Below the pieces are notes generated by a model. The model was not told where the DNA came from. It worked only from the letters and a program-made list of their open reading frames with translations, and searched no databases. From contig OZ220744.1 in NCBI GenBank assembly GCA_965116925.1, forward strand, positions 4,096,001 to 4,160,000: DNA of 64,000 nucleotides. Direction: 5' to 3'. Shown here piece by piece: positions 9,821 through 19,274 of this stretch. A program made the translations under genes and the position numbers. This stretch comes from Candidatus Poribacteria bacterium. Its GTDB lineage: Bacteria > Poribacteria > WGA-4E > PCPOR2b. The first letter of the stretch is position 1, and every line of letters starts with the position of its first letter.

Positions 9821-10515
9821 ATGCCCAACAGATCTGGCAACGCATGTAAGGTCTGGATGGTCTCTCCCCATTGTCCAGTCTGCGTTCCATCTCTGTCTAG
9901 GAGAATCGCACGGATGCCGGCGGCGTGCGCTCCCATGATGTCTGCCTCGAAGGAATCTCCGACGTGAACTGCTTCTTCTGGGGAAACACCAACGGCATTC
10001 AAAGCGTATTCAAAAATGGCTGCGTCCGGTTTGGCACTCCGTACCCGCTGATCATGGGAGGCGACGATTACCTCAAAATAGGGGGCAAGTCCAAGTCCTT
10101 CAACCATGGCGTGTAAGGGCGTATCCCAGTTGGAAATGATCCCCATCTTTAGGTTCATCTGCTGCAATCGGTCTAAAGTTGGCAAGACATCTTCGTAAAG
10201 CGTGGCGTTGTTACGAGAAAATAGGGCGTGTTCGTATTGCAAAACTTCCCACGCAATCTGATCTATATGTTCGTGCACTCCCAATTTTTTAAGAAAAACG
10301 CAGCAGGCATCAAGTTGTCTGAATATTGTATCTCGTATGTTATCTGTCGGTTTTGAGGCTTCATACGCTTCGGTTAGAATTGCCCGCGCTTCGTCGTAGA
10401 CAGACCAATCTAGACGCAGTTGATACCTATCGCCAATTTTACGAGTAGTTACACGCAGCGGCTGCGTCCAAAAGATGAGTGTCGCAAAGAAATCGAAGAA
10501 AACGGTTTTTGTCAT
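9799..10515 (-). CDS. HAD-superfamily hydrolase
   Basis: FFDFFATL motif I, ISNWD, KPD..IF, HVGDS...DIMGA. Confidence 0.88.
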   Translation of the reverse strand: MTKTVFFDFFATLIFWTQPLRVTTRKIGDRYQLRLDWSVYDEARAILTEAYEASKPTDNIRDTIFRQLDACCVFLKKLGVHEHIDQIAWEVLQYEHALFSRNNATLYEDVLPTLDRLQQMNLKMGIISNWDTPLHAMVEGLGLAPYFEVIVASHDQRVRSAKPDAAIFEYALNAVGVSPEEAVHVGDSFEADIMGAHAAGIRAILLDRDGTQTGQWGETIQTLHALPDLLGIYSESEK

Positions 10516-10557
10516 TGAAGTTCTCTATTATATGGACGAAATTTGGTTATACATCAT

Positions 10558-10649
10558 GCCTCAAATAAAAAGAAAGTGCAAAGCACGAAGAGAAACCGAG
10601 TTTTCAAGAAAAAACTCGGTTTCTGTTGCATGATTTCTTAACATGAGCA
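10558..10649. mobile_element. MITE family D
   Basis: 8-bp direct repeat TACATCAT on both sides; ends homologous to 599-730. Confidence 0.78.
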
Positions 10650-10727
10650 TACATCATTTGTCTTTCGACAGCTAAACCCAGAAAAAGTTTACAGTCTTTT
10701 CAAGATACTCAGTTGAGGAGGTTTTCT

Positions 10728-12071
10728 ATGATACCGTGGATTTTTGTCCATAGCCCGCTTGAACATTGGCTGCCCGACTACCGACGGACATTCGACGCTT
10801 GGGAGGATGGGGGTGTGCGTGGCATCGTGTTCGGTTACTTGCAGTTCATGCAGGATGACGGCACAACGATTCGGACCTTTGCACCTGACCCGGAGGTATA
10901 CAGATCATTTGGGGTGAGTCCACCGCCGGAGGCACCGCGTGATTTGGAGAAAGCGAAACAGCTGCACGCCATGTTGGACGATGCTGCCTCACGCGATTGG
11001 CATATTATGACCTTCAGCGTCCCCGGCGGCGGTGGGACGCGACCGTTGGAGGAAGATCCTTATGGTGCGGTGGGATTTGCCGCCAGCGTTCAGGATACGA
11101 TGAACGCCTACCCGCAAGCGCACGGTGTTATCATTGATGGTCCGGGGGAACAGCACTACGAATTAGCCTTCCATCACGGTGGGGAATTGCTTGAGATCCG
11201 TGAGCATGAGCGGCATCGTTTCGCGGCTTTAGGGAAGGACATCCCCCGTTTGGAGCGAGGTATCGCACACTTATGGGAACGGCTTCACAACCTGACGCCG
11301 TCTCTGGTACGGTATCAGGCGCCGGGTGGAATGCTGGCAGCACTGACACTATTTGATATCAATGAGGATGTGCTTTACTGGTTGCGGACCCGTCAAGAAA
11401 CTGCCTTGGGTTATATGCAGGCTGTACGCGCCCAACTCGACCAGTTGGAGTGTAAAGTGGAATTGGGTGGTATCCCGCGCACGGCGACCTTTTCTTCGCT
11501 CACCGGACAGAACTATCAACAGATGGCGTCGCTTTTCGACTACATCTTCCCTAAGCACTATTTCTGGCACCGGGGCTTTGATGGGATGTACGGAACGATT
11601 GCCCGTTGGGTGCAGATACTTTCTGAGTGGAATCCCACGTTGACGGAAGCGGATTGCTTTGCGGTGGTAACATCGTTATTTGGTATTGACCTGCCGGGCG
11701 TTCACTCGTTGATGGATATGGAGATGGGGTTCCCGGAGGAGTTCTTCTCGGAGGTTGTGTGGAGCGAAACGCAACGTGCGTTAGAGGCTATCGGGGACGA
11801 TGATAAGGTCGTCGCTTGGGTGTCTACGGGGCGCAGTCCGCACGCTGGCGACGCGATGACGGCAAGAGATCTTCATAACATCTTGGCAACCTCCGAACGG
11901 GCAGGGCTGAAGCGATTTCTGTTTCACCCAGATCCAGACCTCGGTGCGGCGGAATGGCGGGTGATTTCGGGGTTGTGCGGGAATTTGTGGCGGGAAGACC
12001 CCAACGGATATTGGCCCTCTGACACTCAGAAGCCGGATGCGTTCAGCGGTGGTAGAAAACCGTCACGCTGA
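10728..12071 (+). CDS. hypothetical protein (possible TIM-barrel)
   Basis: 447-aa ORF with GAGGAGG RBS, in an operon with a Gfo/Idh/MocA gene; no motif recognised. Confidence 0.7.
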   Translation: MIPWIFVHSPLEHWLPDYRRTFDAWEDGGVRGIVFGYLQFMQDDGTTIRTFAPDPEVYRSFGVSPPPEAPRDLEKAKQLHAMLDDAASRDWHIMTFSVPGGGGTRPLEEDPYGAVGFAASVQDTMNAYPQAHGVIIDGPGEQHYELAFHHGGELLEIREHERHRFAALGKDIPRLERGIAHLWERLHNLTPSLVRYQAPGGMLAALTLFDINEDVLYWLRTRQETALGYMQAVRAQLDQLECKVELGGIPRTATFSSLTGQNYQQMASLFDYIFPKHYFWHRGFDGMYGTIARWVQILSEWNPTLTEADCFAVVTSLFGIDLPGVHSLMDMEMGFPEEFFSEVVWSETQRALEAIGDDDKVVAWVSTGRSPHAGDAMTARDLHNILATSERAGLKRFLFHPDPDLGAAEWRVISGLCGNLWREDPNGYWPSDTQKPDAFSGGRKPSR

Positions 12072-12089
12072 AGGAGTTGAATTGGGAAA

Positions 12090-13178
12090 ATGAATAAGTA
12101 TAGAGTTGCGGTTGTCGGTGGGGCGGGAACTTGGGGGAGCAGGTATCTACACGCCTACGCCACCCATCCAGCCTGCGAAATTATTGCATTGGTTGACCGT
12201 GCCAAAGACCGCAGACAGACTTTCGCTGACCGATACAGCGTTGAAGTTGTCTTTGATTCGTTAGATGATCTGTTAGCGAGAGAAGTTCCCGACATCGTTT
12301 CGGCGATTCTCCCGACTTCGCACAATCCTGATGTGGTGATCGCCTGCGCTGAGGCTGGCGTCAAGGTGGTCTCATGCGAAAAACCGATAGCGGTTGAACT
12401 GTCTCAGGCGGATGCGATGGTGCGTATTTGTCGTGAGCGGGGCACCGTTTTCAGTTGCGGTAGTGTCTACTCAGGTGTTCCGTATCTGTTAGAGACAATT
12501 GATTGGATCGGTGCCGGGAATATCGGCAAGCTTACCGCTGCTGCGATTCCGAGTGGATTGCCACGTGAAGTATCGGGCGGGGGCTGCGTTCAACTGACGC
12601 TGCTTCCGTTGCTCACCGGTATGGAGGTGGAATGGGTCGAAGGTTGGACGTTACCGCCGGACTTGGACTGGATGCCGCCGGTTGATGTTTCTGCGTCGGA
12701 GATTGACTGTCCCGCCTATGGTCGTCTGGGGTTGTCCAACGGCATCGTCTGTGAGATTCCTGTGCCACCGACCGAACCGGGTGGATCCTGTCCGGTCATG
12801 GTCGCGGGGGAGAATGGGCAGGTGTGGATGACCGGTCCTAAGCCTGTGTTTATTCAAGGAAGCGGTGCAGCTTCGACTCCGGTTTACCCTGATTTTCTTG
12901 ACACCCCTTCACCCGACGACTTCTTTACGCGCCGGATTGAGTGGCTCATGCAGGCGTTTGATACGGGTCGGGATGTGCTGGACAGTGGGCATGGATATCG
13001 TCAAGCGTTGGAAATTGCGATTGCGCTGAAGCAATCTACCGAGGGTGGACACCGACGGATTTCTTTGCCGTTGGCGGATCGCTCGTTGCGGATAGTTCCG
13101 CATCCCTATCGACTGTTGGGGGGTGATGTGGCGGGTTGGGAGAGTATTGGCTATAGGGGTCCGCCGAACGCTGAGTAG
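12090..13178 (+). CDS. Gfo/Idh/MocA family oxidoreductase
   Basis: N-terminal Rossmann motif (VAVVGGAGTWG) and CEKP. Confidence 0.88.
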   Translation: MNKYRVAVVGGAGTWGSRYLHAYATHPACEIIALVDRAKDRRQTFADRYSVEVVFDSLDDLLAREVPDIVSAILPTSHNPDVVIACAEAGVKVVSCEKPIAVELSQADAMVRICRERGTVFSCGSVYSGVPYLLETIDWIGAGNIGKLTAAAIPSGLPREVSGGGCVQLTLLPLLTGMEVEWVEGWTLPPDLDWMPPVDVSASEIDCPAYGRLGLSNGIVCEIPVPPTEPGGSCPVMVAGENGQVWMTGPKPVFIQGSGAASTPVYPDFLDTPSPDDFFTRRIEWLMQAFDTGRDVLDSGHGYRQALEIAIALKQSTEGGHRRISLPLADRSLRIVPHPYRLLGGDVAGWESIGYRGPPNAE

Positions 13179-13241
13179 ATTTATGGGATAGGTGTGAGGA
13201 GGTTCAGGGTGCACGTTCAATCCAGCCTACGGACTGATATA

Positions 13242-13340
13242 GTTGTCTGAATCGCGGATTAAACTGATGACGCGGATTGCGCGGATTATTGTTTGCGTGG
13301 ATTATTGTCTGAATCAGGATTTAAGGATTAGCAGGATAAG
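13242..13340. repeat. degenerate short tandem repeats (GCGGATT/CAGGATT units, about 9-nt period)
   Basis: Two TTGTCTGAATC..GGATT heads followed by repeated GGATT units; related motif near 15604-15626. Confidence 0.55.
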
Positions 13341-13347
13341 AACTACT

Positions 13348-15456
13348 ATGAAATCTCCGTTCTCTCGTCTTCTCGTTTTCCCGTCCTCCCATTTTCTGAT
13401 TTTTGCCGTCGTGGCAACCCTTCTCATATCCCAAGCAGCTGCTCAAGTGGTAGAAATCCCCGACCCAAACCTTGAAAGCGTCATCAGGGAAACTCTGAAT
13501 ATCCCCGACAACAGTCCTATCACCCAGCAGGAGATGTTACGACTTACCAAACTCAATGCAAGACAGAAACAGATAGCAGATCTAACAGGTTTAGAATATG
13601 CTATCAATATAAGATCGCTTATCCTTCCGCACAACAACATAAGCAACCTTAACCCACTGGCAAACCTAACCAAGTTAGATCATCTAGGGTTGTGGGTAAA
13701 TCCGATTTCAGATTTATCTCCACTCCAGAACCTCACCCAATTAAGAGGGCTTGATCTCGCCGGTTGCCGTATCTCAGACCTAACGCCTTTATCTCAGCTA
13801 ATACGATTACAATGGCTGACCCTCCAGTGGCAACAAGACACATGGATAACTGACATCACGCCACTAGCGAATCTAACAAACCTACGTGATGTAAAGTTGA
13901 GTGGCAACCGGATTGTCAATACAAGTCCCCTTGCAAACTTAACCATGTTAGAAATCTTGTGGCTTGATAACAACAGAATCAGTAATCTCAACCCACTCGC
14001 TCAACTGACCCAGTTAACAGAGCTTCGTATTGAGGGTAACTCGATTATTGATTATACTCCACTTGATGAATTGTCCTTGACAGATCTTATTCGTGACGAA
14101 GTTTGTAAACTCCCCGGACTTCCAATCCAAGACCGAATCGAAAATCGCAATCTGCCCGCTATTTTCGCACCCTGGAGAGAGACAATCATTAACCGTCCCG
14201 ATCTATCAAGTGAAGATCGACTGTCATACCACGATTTGTATTGGCAGTATCCTCCTTTCGGACTTCGGTTCAAACTCACCCCACAAGGTTATGAACTCAG
14301 CGGTAACATAGGAGACGCACTATCAAGACGCGATGCGTTACTCGCCAAGACCCCCAACATGCTTATACTCGCTGAAATCCGTGTGCGGGATGCAGATATC
14401 GGTTTTCATTATCCCGAAGATTGGCCACATTGGCTGAGAGATGAGGCAGGAAATCTAGTTAAGAATCCAGAAACGGATTCTGTTTTCTTAATAGATTTCA
14501 GGAAGCCCGAAGTCCAAGACATCATCATTCAAAGAGTCGCTGCTGTTTCACAATGCGGATTATACGACGGCATTTTGATTGATTGGTGGAACGAAGGCAG
14601 CGTTACACTCGCAAGTCCCGACTGGTCTATACACTACACCACCGCAGCAGAAGAATTGGAGATAAAAACCTCACTGCTCAGGCGTATCCGCGCCCAGGTC
14701 CCCAACGATTTTCTGATAATCAGCAATAACAATCGACGCAAACTTCCGTTCTCAGCACCGTACATGAACGGCAGCTTTATGGAAACCTTCCGAGACAGAG
14801 TAAACGGACACTTTGAATATACCCGTGAGGGAATTATCGAAATTGAAGATGCACTCATCTGGTTAGAAGCGAATATGAGAGCACCCCAAATCAACTGCTT
14901 AGAGGGGTGGGGTATCCCAACCGAATCGCCAGACAGCCCGAATAATCGGCGATGGATGCGTCTCTTTACCACCATGAGTCTCACGTTGTCCGACGGGTAT
15001 GTGCTTTATAACGTCGGGTGGGACAGGACTCAATCTTTCCCCGGACACCACCATCACTGGTATCCGTTTTGGGATGCGAATCTCGGACAACCCGCCGGAC
15101 CCACCGCACAACGCTATCAAAACATCGAGGGATTGTATATTCGAGAGTTCACCAACGGTTGGGCTGTGTATAACCGCAGTGGTAAAGCCCAAACCATCTC
15201 TCTGCTAGCATCTGCTACCCCTGTCTCCGATAGGGGAAACAACGCTGTATCTCAGACCCACCTCCTCCCTGACCTTGACGGCGAAATGTATCTCAAAGCC
15301 AAAAATCCCGCTGATGTCAACGGCGATGGAAAAGTCAACATTTTGGATTTGGTACAGGTCGCCAACGGACTCGGTAAATCCGCTCCAGACCCCAATGGTG
15401 ATGGCGTGGTCAACATTCTCGATTTGGTCTTTGTCGCCCAAGCCTTCAGCCAGTAG
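13348..15456 (+). CDS. secreted internalin-like LRR protein with putative glycoside-hydrolase-like domain and C-terminal dockerin-like repeats
   Basis: Signal peptide; IPDPNL cap; 22-aa LxxLxLxxNxIsDLsPL repeats; YDGILIDWW; two DxNGDGxVNILDLV motifs. Confidence 0.85.
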   Translation: MKSPFSRLLVFPSSHFLIFAVVATLLISQAAAQVVEIPDPNLESVIRETLNIPDNSPITQQEMLRLTKLNARQKQIADLTGLEYAINIRSLILPHNNISNLNPLANLTKLDHLGLWVNPISDLSPLQNLTQLRGLDLAGCRISDLTPLSQLIRLQWLTLQWQQDTWITDITPLANLTNLRDVKLSGNRIVNTSPLANLTMLEILWLDNNRISNLNPLAQLTQLTELRIEGNSIIDYTPLDELSLTDLIRDEVCKLPGLPIQDRIENRNLPAIFAPWRETIINRPDLSSEDRLSYHDLYWQYPPFGLRFKLTPQGYELSGNIGDALSRRDALLAKTPNMLILAEIRVRDADIGFHYPEDWPHWLRDEAGNLVKNPETDSVFLIDFRKPEVQDIIIQRVAAVSQCGLYDGILIDWWNEGSVTLASPDWSIHYTTAAEELEIKTSLLRRIRAQVPNDFLIISNNNRRKLPFSAPYMNGSFMETFRDRVNGHFEYTREGIIEIEDALIWLEANMRAPQINCLEGWGIPTESPDSPNNRRWMRLFTTMSLTLSDGYVLYNVGWDRTQSFPGHHHHWYPFWDANLGQPAGPTAQRYQNIEGLYIREFTNGWAVYNRSGKAQTISLLASATPVSDRGNNAVSQTHLLPDLDGEMYLKAKNPADVNGDGKVNILDLVQVANGLGKSAPDPNGDGVVNILDLVFVAQAFSQ

Positions 15457-15840
15457 TATCACGTCTCTTTGCCTTCCTCCCACCATCAAAACGGATTCGT
15501 AACGCTATTCGCAAAACAATTTCTTCCATCTACCACCTGAAATCTGATATAATGGACGACTAAAACGTGAAACGTGAGAAGAAGGCTCTTGCCGTGTTCT
15601 GTACCTGAATCTGGATTTGGGGGATTTATACATCAGTCGCTCCACGATTGATTGAACTGACGAACCCGATACATAGCACTCCGCTGGAGTGCGGGGATTG
15701 GACGCATTGCTTTTCTATAGACATATCGCTCCTCTGGAGCGAAGGGAAGAGTACTTCAGCTTTAACGGAAAAACCGATGGATTTGCAATAGGTGGCATTT
15801 AGGTTAATTATAATTGATACTTTTGAAGGAGATACAAATA

Positions 15841-16431
15841 ATGGAAGCATTTAAGGAACATGTTGGACTTGCAGCACCGTTGAATCGGTTGAATGTAGAC
15901 ACCGATCAGATTATTCCTAAGCAGTTTCTCAAACGGATTGAACGTACCGGTTTTGGACAGTTTCTGTTTTATGACTGGCGGTTTCACGATAATGGAGATC
16001 CGAATCCGGACTTTGTCCTGAATGATCCCCGTTATCAGGAGGCGAGTATTCTGGTTGCTGGGGCGAACTTTGGCTGCGGCAGTTCGCGGGAACATGCGCC
16101 GTGGGCGTTGCAACAGTACGGGTTCAAGGCAGTTATCGCGCCTTCATTCGCAGACATCTTTCGTAACAACTGCTACAAAAATGGCCTCCTACCCATCGCT
16201 CTGTCGGACGATGTGATTACTGGCCTGATGAAGCAGATCGAAGCACAGGAAGGATATAGGTTGATGATTGATTTGGAGGCGCAGCAGGTGGTTCAGCCTG
16301 ACGGGACCGCACACCCCTTTGAAATCGGTGATTTTGAGAAGCATTGTTTGTTGAATGGCTTGGATGAGATTGGCTGGACGTTGCAATTTGATGAGCAAAT
16401 CTCAGCGTATGAAGGGCGAATCGGAGATTAG
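15841..16431 (+). CDS. leuD: 3-isopropylmalate dehydratase small subunit
   Basis: [34 protein letters not shown] motifs. Confidence 0.95.
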   Translation: MEAFKEHVGLAAPLNRLNVDTDQIIPKQFLKRIERTGFGQFLFYDWRFHDNGDPNPDFVLNDPRYQEASILVAGANFGCGSSREHAPWALQQYGFKAVIAPSFADIFRNNCYKNGLLPIALSDDVITGLMKQIEAQEGYRLMIDLEAQQVVQPDGTAHPFEIGDFEKHCLLNGLDEIGWTLQFDEQISAYEGRIGD

Positions 16432-16594
16432 TATAATCTAATTGGTGCATTTGTTCATTTCACAAGCTGGGAACCCTGATTTCATTGAGGCAGGCTCTAC
16501 GGTACGATCACAGATTAGGAAATCTGTGGCTACGAGGGAGGACGGCATACGGAGCCCCGATAAAATCGGGCCTGGAGTGTGGGAGGAGAGCTCT

Positions 16595-19123
16595 ATGACT
16601 GAAAAACAGGTTACACTGCCCATAACAGGGATGCACTGTACAAACTGTTCGGAAACCGTCGCCCGTGAGCTAGGGAAATTAGAAGGTGTGAGCGCGGCAA
16701 ATGTCAACTACGCCACCGAGAGAGCAACGGTCGCTTTTAACCCATCTGTACTGGATGAAAATGTCATCATTGAGAGAATTAAAGACAGCGGCTACGGGGT
16801 GGCGATAGGCGCAATCGAATTGCCGATCACGGGGATGCACTGTGTCAACTGTGCCGCGAGCGTCGAAAAGGCACTTAACACGCTGCAACCGGGCGTGGTC
16901 TCTGCGACAGTAAATTTCGCTACAGAGAAGGCACAGATAACATATCTCCCCGGTCAAGTGACTCCCACCGATCTTATTTCTGCCGTTGAAGGGGCAGGCT
17001 ACGGTGTCGTCGAAGCGGATCCCGATCAGCAACTAGAAGATGTTGAGCAGGCTGCCCGCAAAGCCGAAATCGACGAACAGACGCGGAAGTTTTGGACTGG
17101 TGCCGCTTTTTCCCTCCCGCTCTTTATTTTTAGCATGGCTCGCGACTTTGCGCTATTAGGGACTTGGTCTGACGCCCTTTGGGGCAACTGGTTGATGTTT
17201 GTTCTTGCCACGCCGGTACAATTTTACGTAGGGTGGGACTACTACACAGGTGGCTTCAAAGCGTTACGCAACGGTGCTGCCAACATGGACGTGTTAGTTG
17301 CGATAGGGTCGTCCGCTGCCTTCTTTTACAGCTTGCCTGTCACCGTTGCGTTGACGTTGGGCAGCACTGCCTTAGGCAGCCATGTCTATTTTGAAACTGC
17401 GGCGGTCATAATCACCCTAATCAAACTCGGTAAACTGTTAGAGGTTCGTGCGAAGGATCAGACCAGTGCTGCGATCAAAAAGTTGATGGGTTTGCAAGCG
17501 AACACAGCATGTGTGGTGCGTAACGGTGAAGAGATTGATATTCCCATTGAGCAGGTGGCTGTTGGCGACGTGGTGATCGTACGACCGGGAGAGAGGATTC
17601 CTGTTGATGGAGTTATTGTTGAGGGCAATTCTACTGTTGACGAGAGTATGCTCACCGGAGAGAGCATACCGGTGGATAAGGGAGAGGGTGACCCGGTAAT
17701 TGGTGCGACCATCAATAAACAGGGGCGGCTCAAGCTTGAAGCGCACAAGGTTGGTGCAGAGACCGCGCTCGCACAGATTATCCGACTCGTCCAAGAGGCG
17801 CAGGGGAGCAAAGCACCAATTCAGCGTCTCGCTGATCGGGTGGCGAGTGTTTTTGTGCCCGCTGTCATTGCAATAGCGACTGTGACCCTGCTAGTTTGGT
17901 GGTTTATCATAGACGTTGGTTTTACACCATCAATGATCCGGATGGTAGCGGTATTGGTCATCGCTTGCCCTTGCACACTTGGGCTTGCTACGCCGACTGC
18001 TATTATGGTCGGCACAAGCAGAGGGGCGGAACAGGGGATCCTTTTCAAAGACAGCCAGGCACTTGAACTTGCTCATTCGCTCAAGGTGGTCATTCTTGAT
18101 AAGACTGGCACGATTACGACAGGTGAGCCATCGGTGACGGATGTAGTGATTGCAGAGGGTGACAGGTCAAGCGTTATCACCAAAGCGTTAGGGAATGGGG
18201 GCGAAATAGAAGAGAGACAGAAGGAAGAAGCTGCAATTCTCTGGTTGGCTGCTTCGGCGGAGCGGGGGAGTGAACACCCGATTGGTGAAGCCATCGTACG
18301 AGCGGCGCAGGAACGTGGGCTGTCATTAGCGGAGCCCTCCCGGTTTGAAGCCTTAGCCGGACATGGCATCCTCGCTCAGGTCGAAGAGCATCAGGTCGTC
18401 TTGGGCAACCTCAAGATGATGGGCGAGCAGAATGTCGATCTCAACGATTTGGGAGCTGAAGCGGCGAAGTTACAGGCGGGGGCGAAAAGCGTGATCTGGG
18501 TTGCTGTTGACGGCAAAGCTGCCGGGCTGATCGCTGTGGCGGATACCATCAAACCCGGTTCCAAGGAAGCTATTGATCAGATGCACCGTCTCGGTTTGCA
18601 GGTGGTGATGGTCACCGGCGATAACCGAACTACGGCAGAAAATATCGGCAACGCTCTCGGAATTGATCAGATCCTCGCTGAAGTCCTGCCGGGGGATAAG
18701 GCGGCGGAAGTGAAGAAGCTACAAGGAAACATGGAGGGGGAATCTCAAGCTATCGGAGGTGTGGCGATGGTTGGCGACGGTATTAACGACGCACCGGCAT
18801 TAGCCCAAGCGGATGTGGGCATAGCCATCGGCACAGGCACCGATGTGGCGATGGAAGCGGCTGATGTGACTCTGATAAGCGGTGACCTGCGGTCTGTGCC
18901 ACAAGCGATTGCCCTCAGCAAAGCGACGATGCGCGTTATCAAGCAAAATTTGTTCTGGGCTTTTTTTTACAATGTCCTCCTCATTCCGGTGGCAGCGGGT
19001 GTGCTGCACCCGTTCACCTTCCTGCCGATGATGTTACGGGCACTGCACCCGGTGTTGGCTGCCTGCGCTATGGCTTTTAGCAGTGTGACCGTTGTCTGCA
19101 ATAGTTTACGGATGAAGCGATAA
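16595..19123 (+). CDS. copA: Cu(I)-translocating P1B-type ATPase
   Basis: Two GMHCxxC HMA domains, [25 protein letters not shown] and MAFSS motifs; start at ATG 16595 with RBS GGAGGAG. Confidence 0.93.
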   Translation: MTEKQVTLPITGMHCTNCSETVARELGKLEGVSAANVNYATERATVAFNPSVLDENVIIERIKDSGYGVAIGAIELPITGMHCVNCAASVEKALNTLQPGVVSATVNFATEKAQITYLPGQVTPTDLISAVEGAGYGVVEADPDQQLEDVEQAARKAEIDEQTRKFWTGAAFSLPLFIFSMARDFALLGTWSDALWGNWLMFVLATPVQFYVGWDYYTGGFKALRNGAANMDVLVAIGSSAAFFYSLPVTVALTLGSTALGSHVYFETAAVIITLIKLGKLLEVRAKDQTSAAIKKLMGLQANTACVVRNGEEIDIPIEQVAVGDVVIVRPGERIPVDGVIVEGNSTVDESMLTGESIPVDKGEGDPVIGATINKQGRLKLEAHKVGAETALAQIIRLVQEAQGSKAPIQRLADRVASVFVPAVIAIATVTLLVWWFIIDVGFTPSMIRMVAVLVIACPCTLGLATPTAIMVGTSRGAEQGILFKDSQALELAHSLKVVILDKTGTITTGEPSVTDVVIAEGDRSSVITKALGNGGEIEERQKEEAAILWLAASAERGSEHPIGEAIVRAAQERGLSLAEPSRFEALAGHGILAQVEEHQVVLGNLKMMGEQNVDLNDLGAEAAKLQAGAKSVIWVAVDGKAAGLIAVADTIKPGSKEAIDQMHRLGLQVVMVTGDNRTTAENIGNALGIDQILAEVLPGDKAAEVKKLQGNMEGESQAIGGVAMVGDGINDAPALAQADVGIAIGTGTDVAMEAADVTLISGDLRSVPQAIALSKATMRVIKQNLFWAFFYNVLLIPVAAGVLHPFTFLPMMLRALHPVLAACAMAFSSVTVVCNSLRMKR

Positions 19124-19129
19124 TTGATT

Positions 19130-19240
19130 TATGGTAGATTTTAGAATTAATTAGACGCTCCCAATCCACAACCAACCCCCTAAATCCCCCTTATCAGGGG
19201 GACTTTGGTAAATGTCTACTTATTTCTCTGATTTACCATA
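19130..19240. mobile_element. MITE family C variant (TATGGTAG...TTACCATA ends)
   Basis: Imperfect TIRs TATGGTAGATTTTAGAATTAA / TTATTTCTCTGATTTACCATA; internal CCCCCTAAATCCCCC motif. Confidence 0.65.
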
Positions 19241-19274
19241 TTTTGTGAAGGTCCAATACCACAAGGAAACAACC

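Noticed and set aside
16442..16594. N-terminal extensions in the ORF track (copA; also 13243, 19212, 24657, 25537, 49367, 52011)
   Set aside because: Better RBS-linked ATGs lie downstream, and the extensions run through repeats or neighbouring genes.
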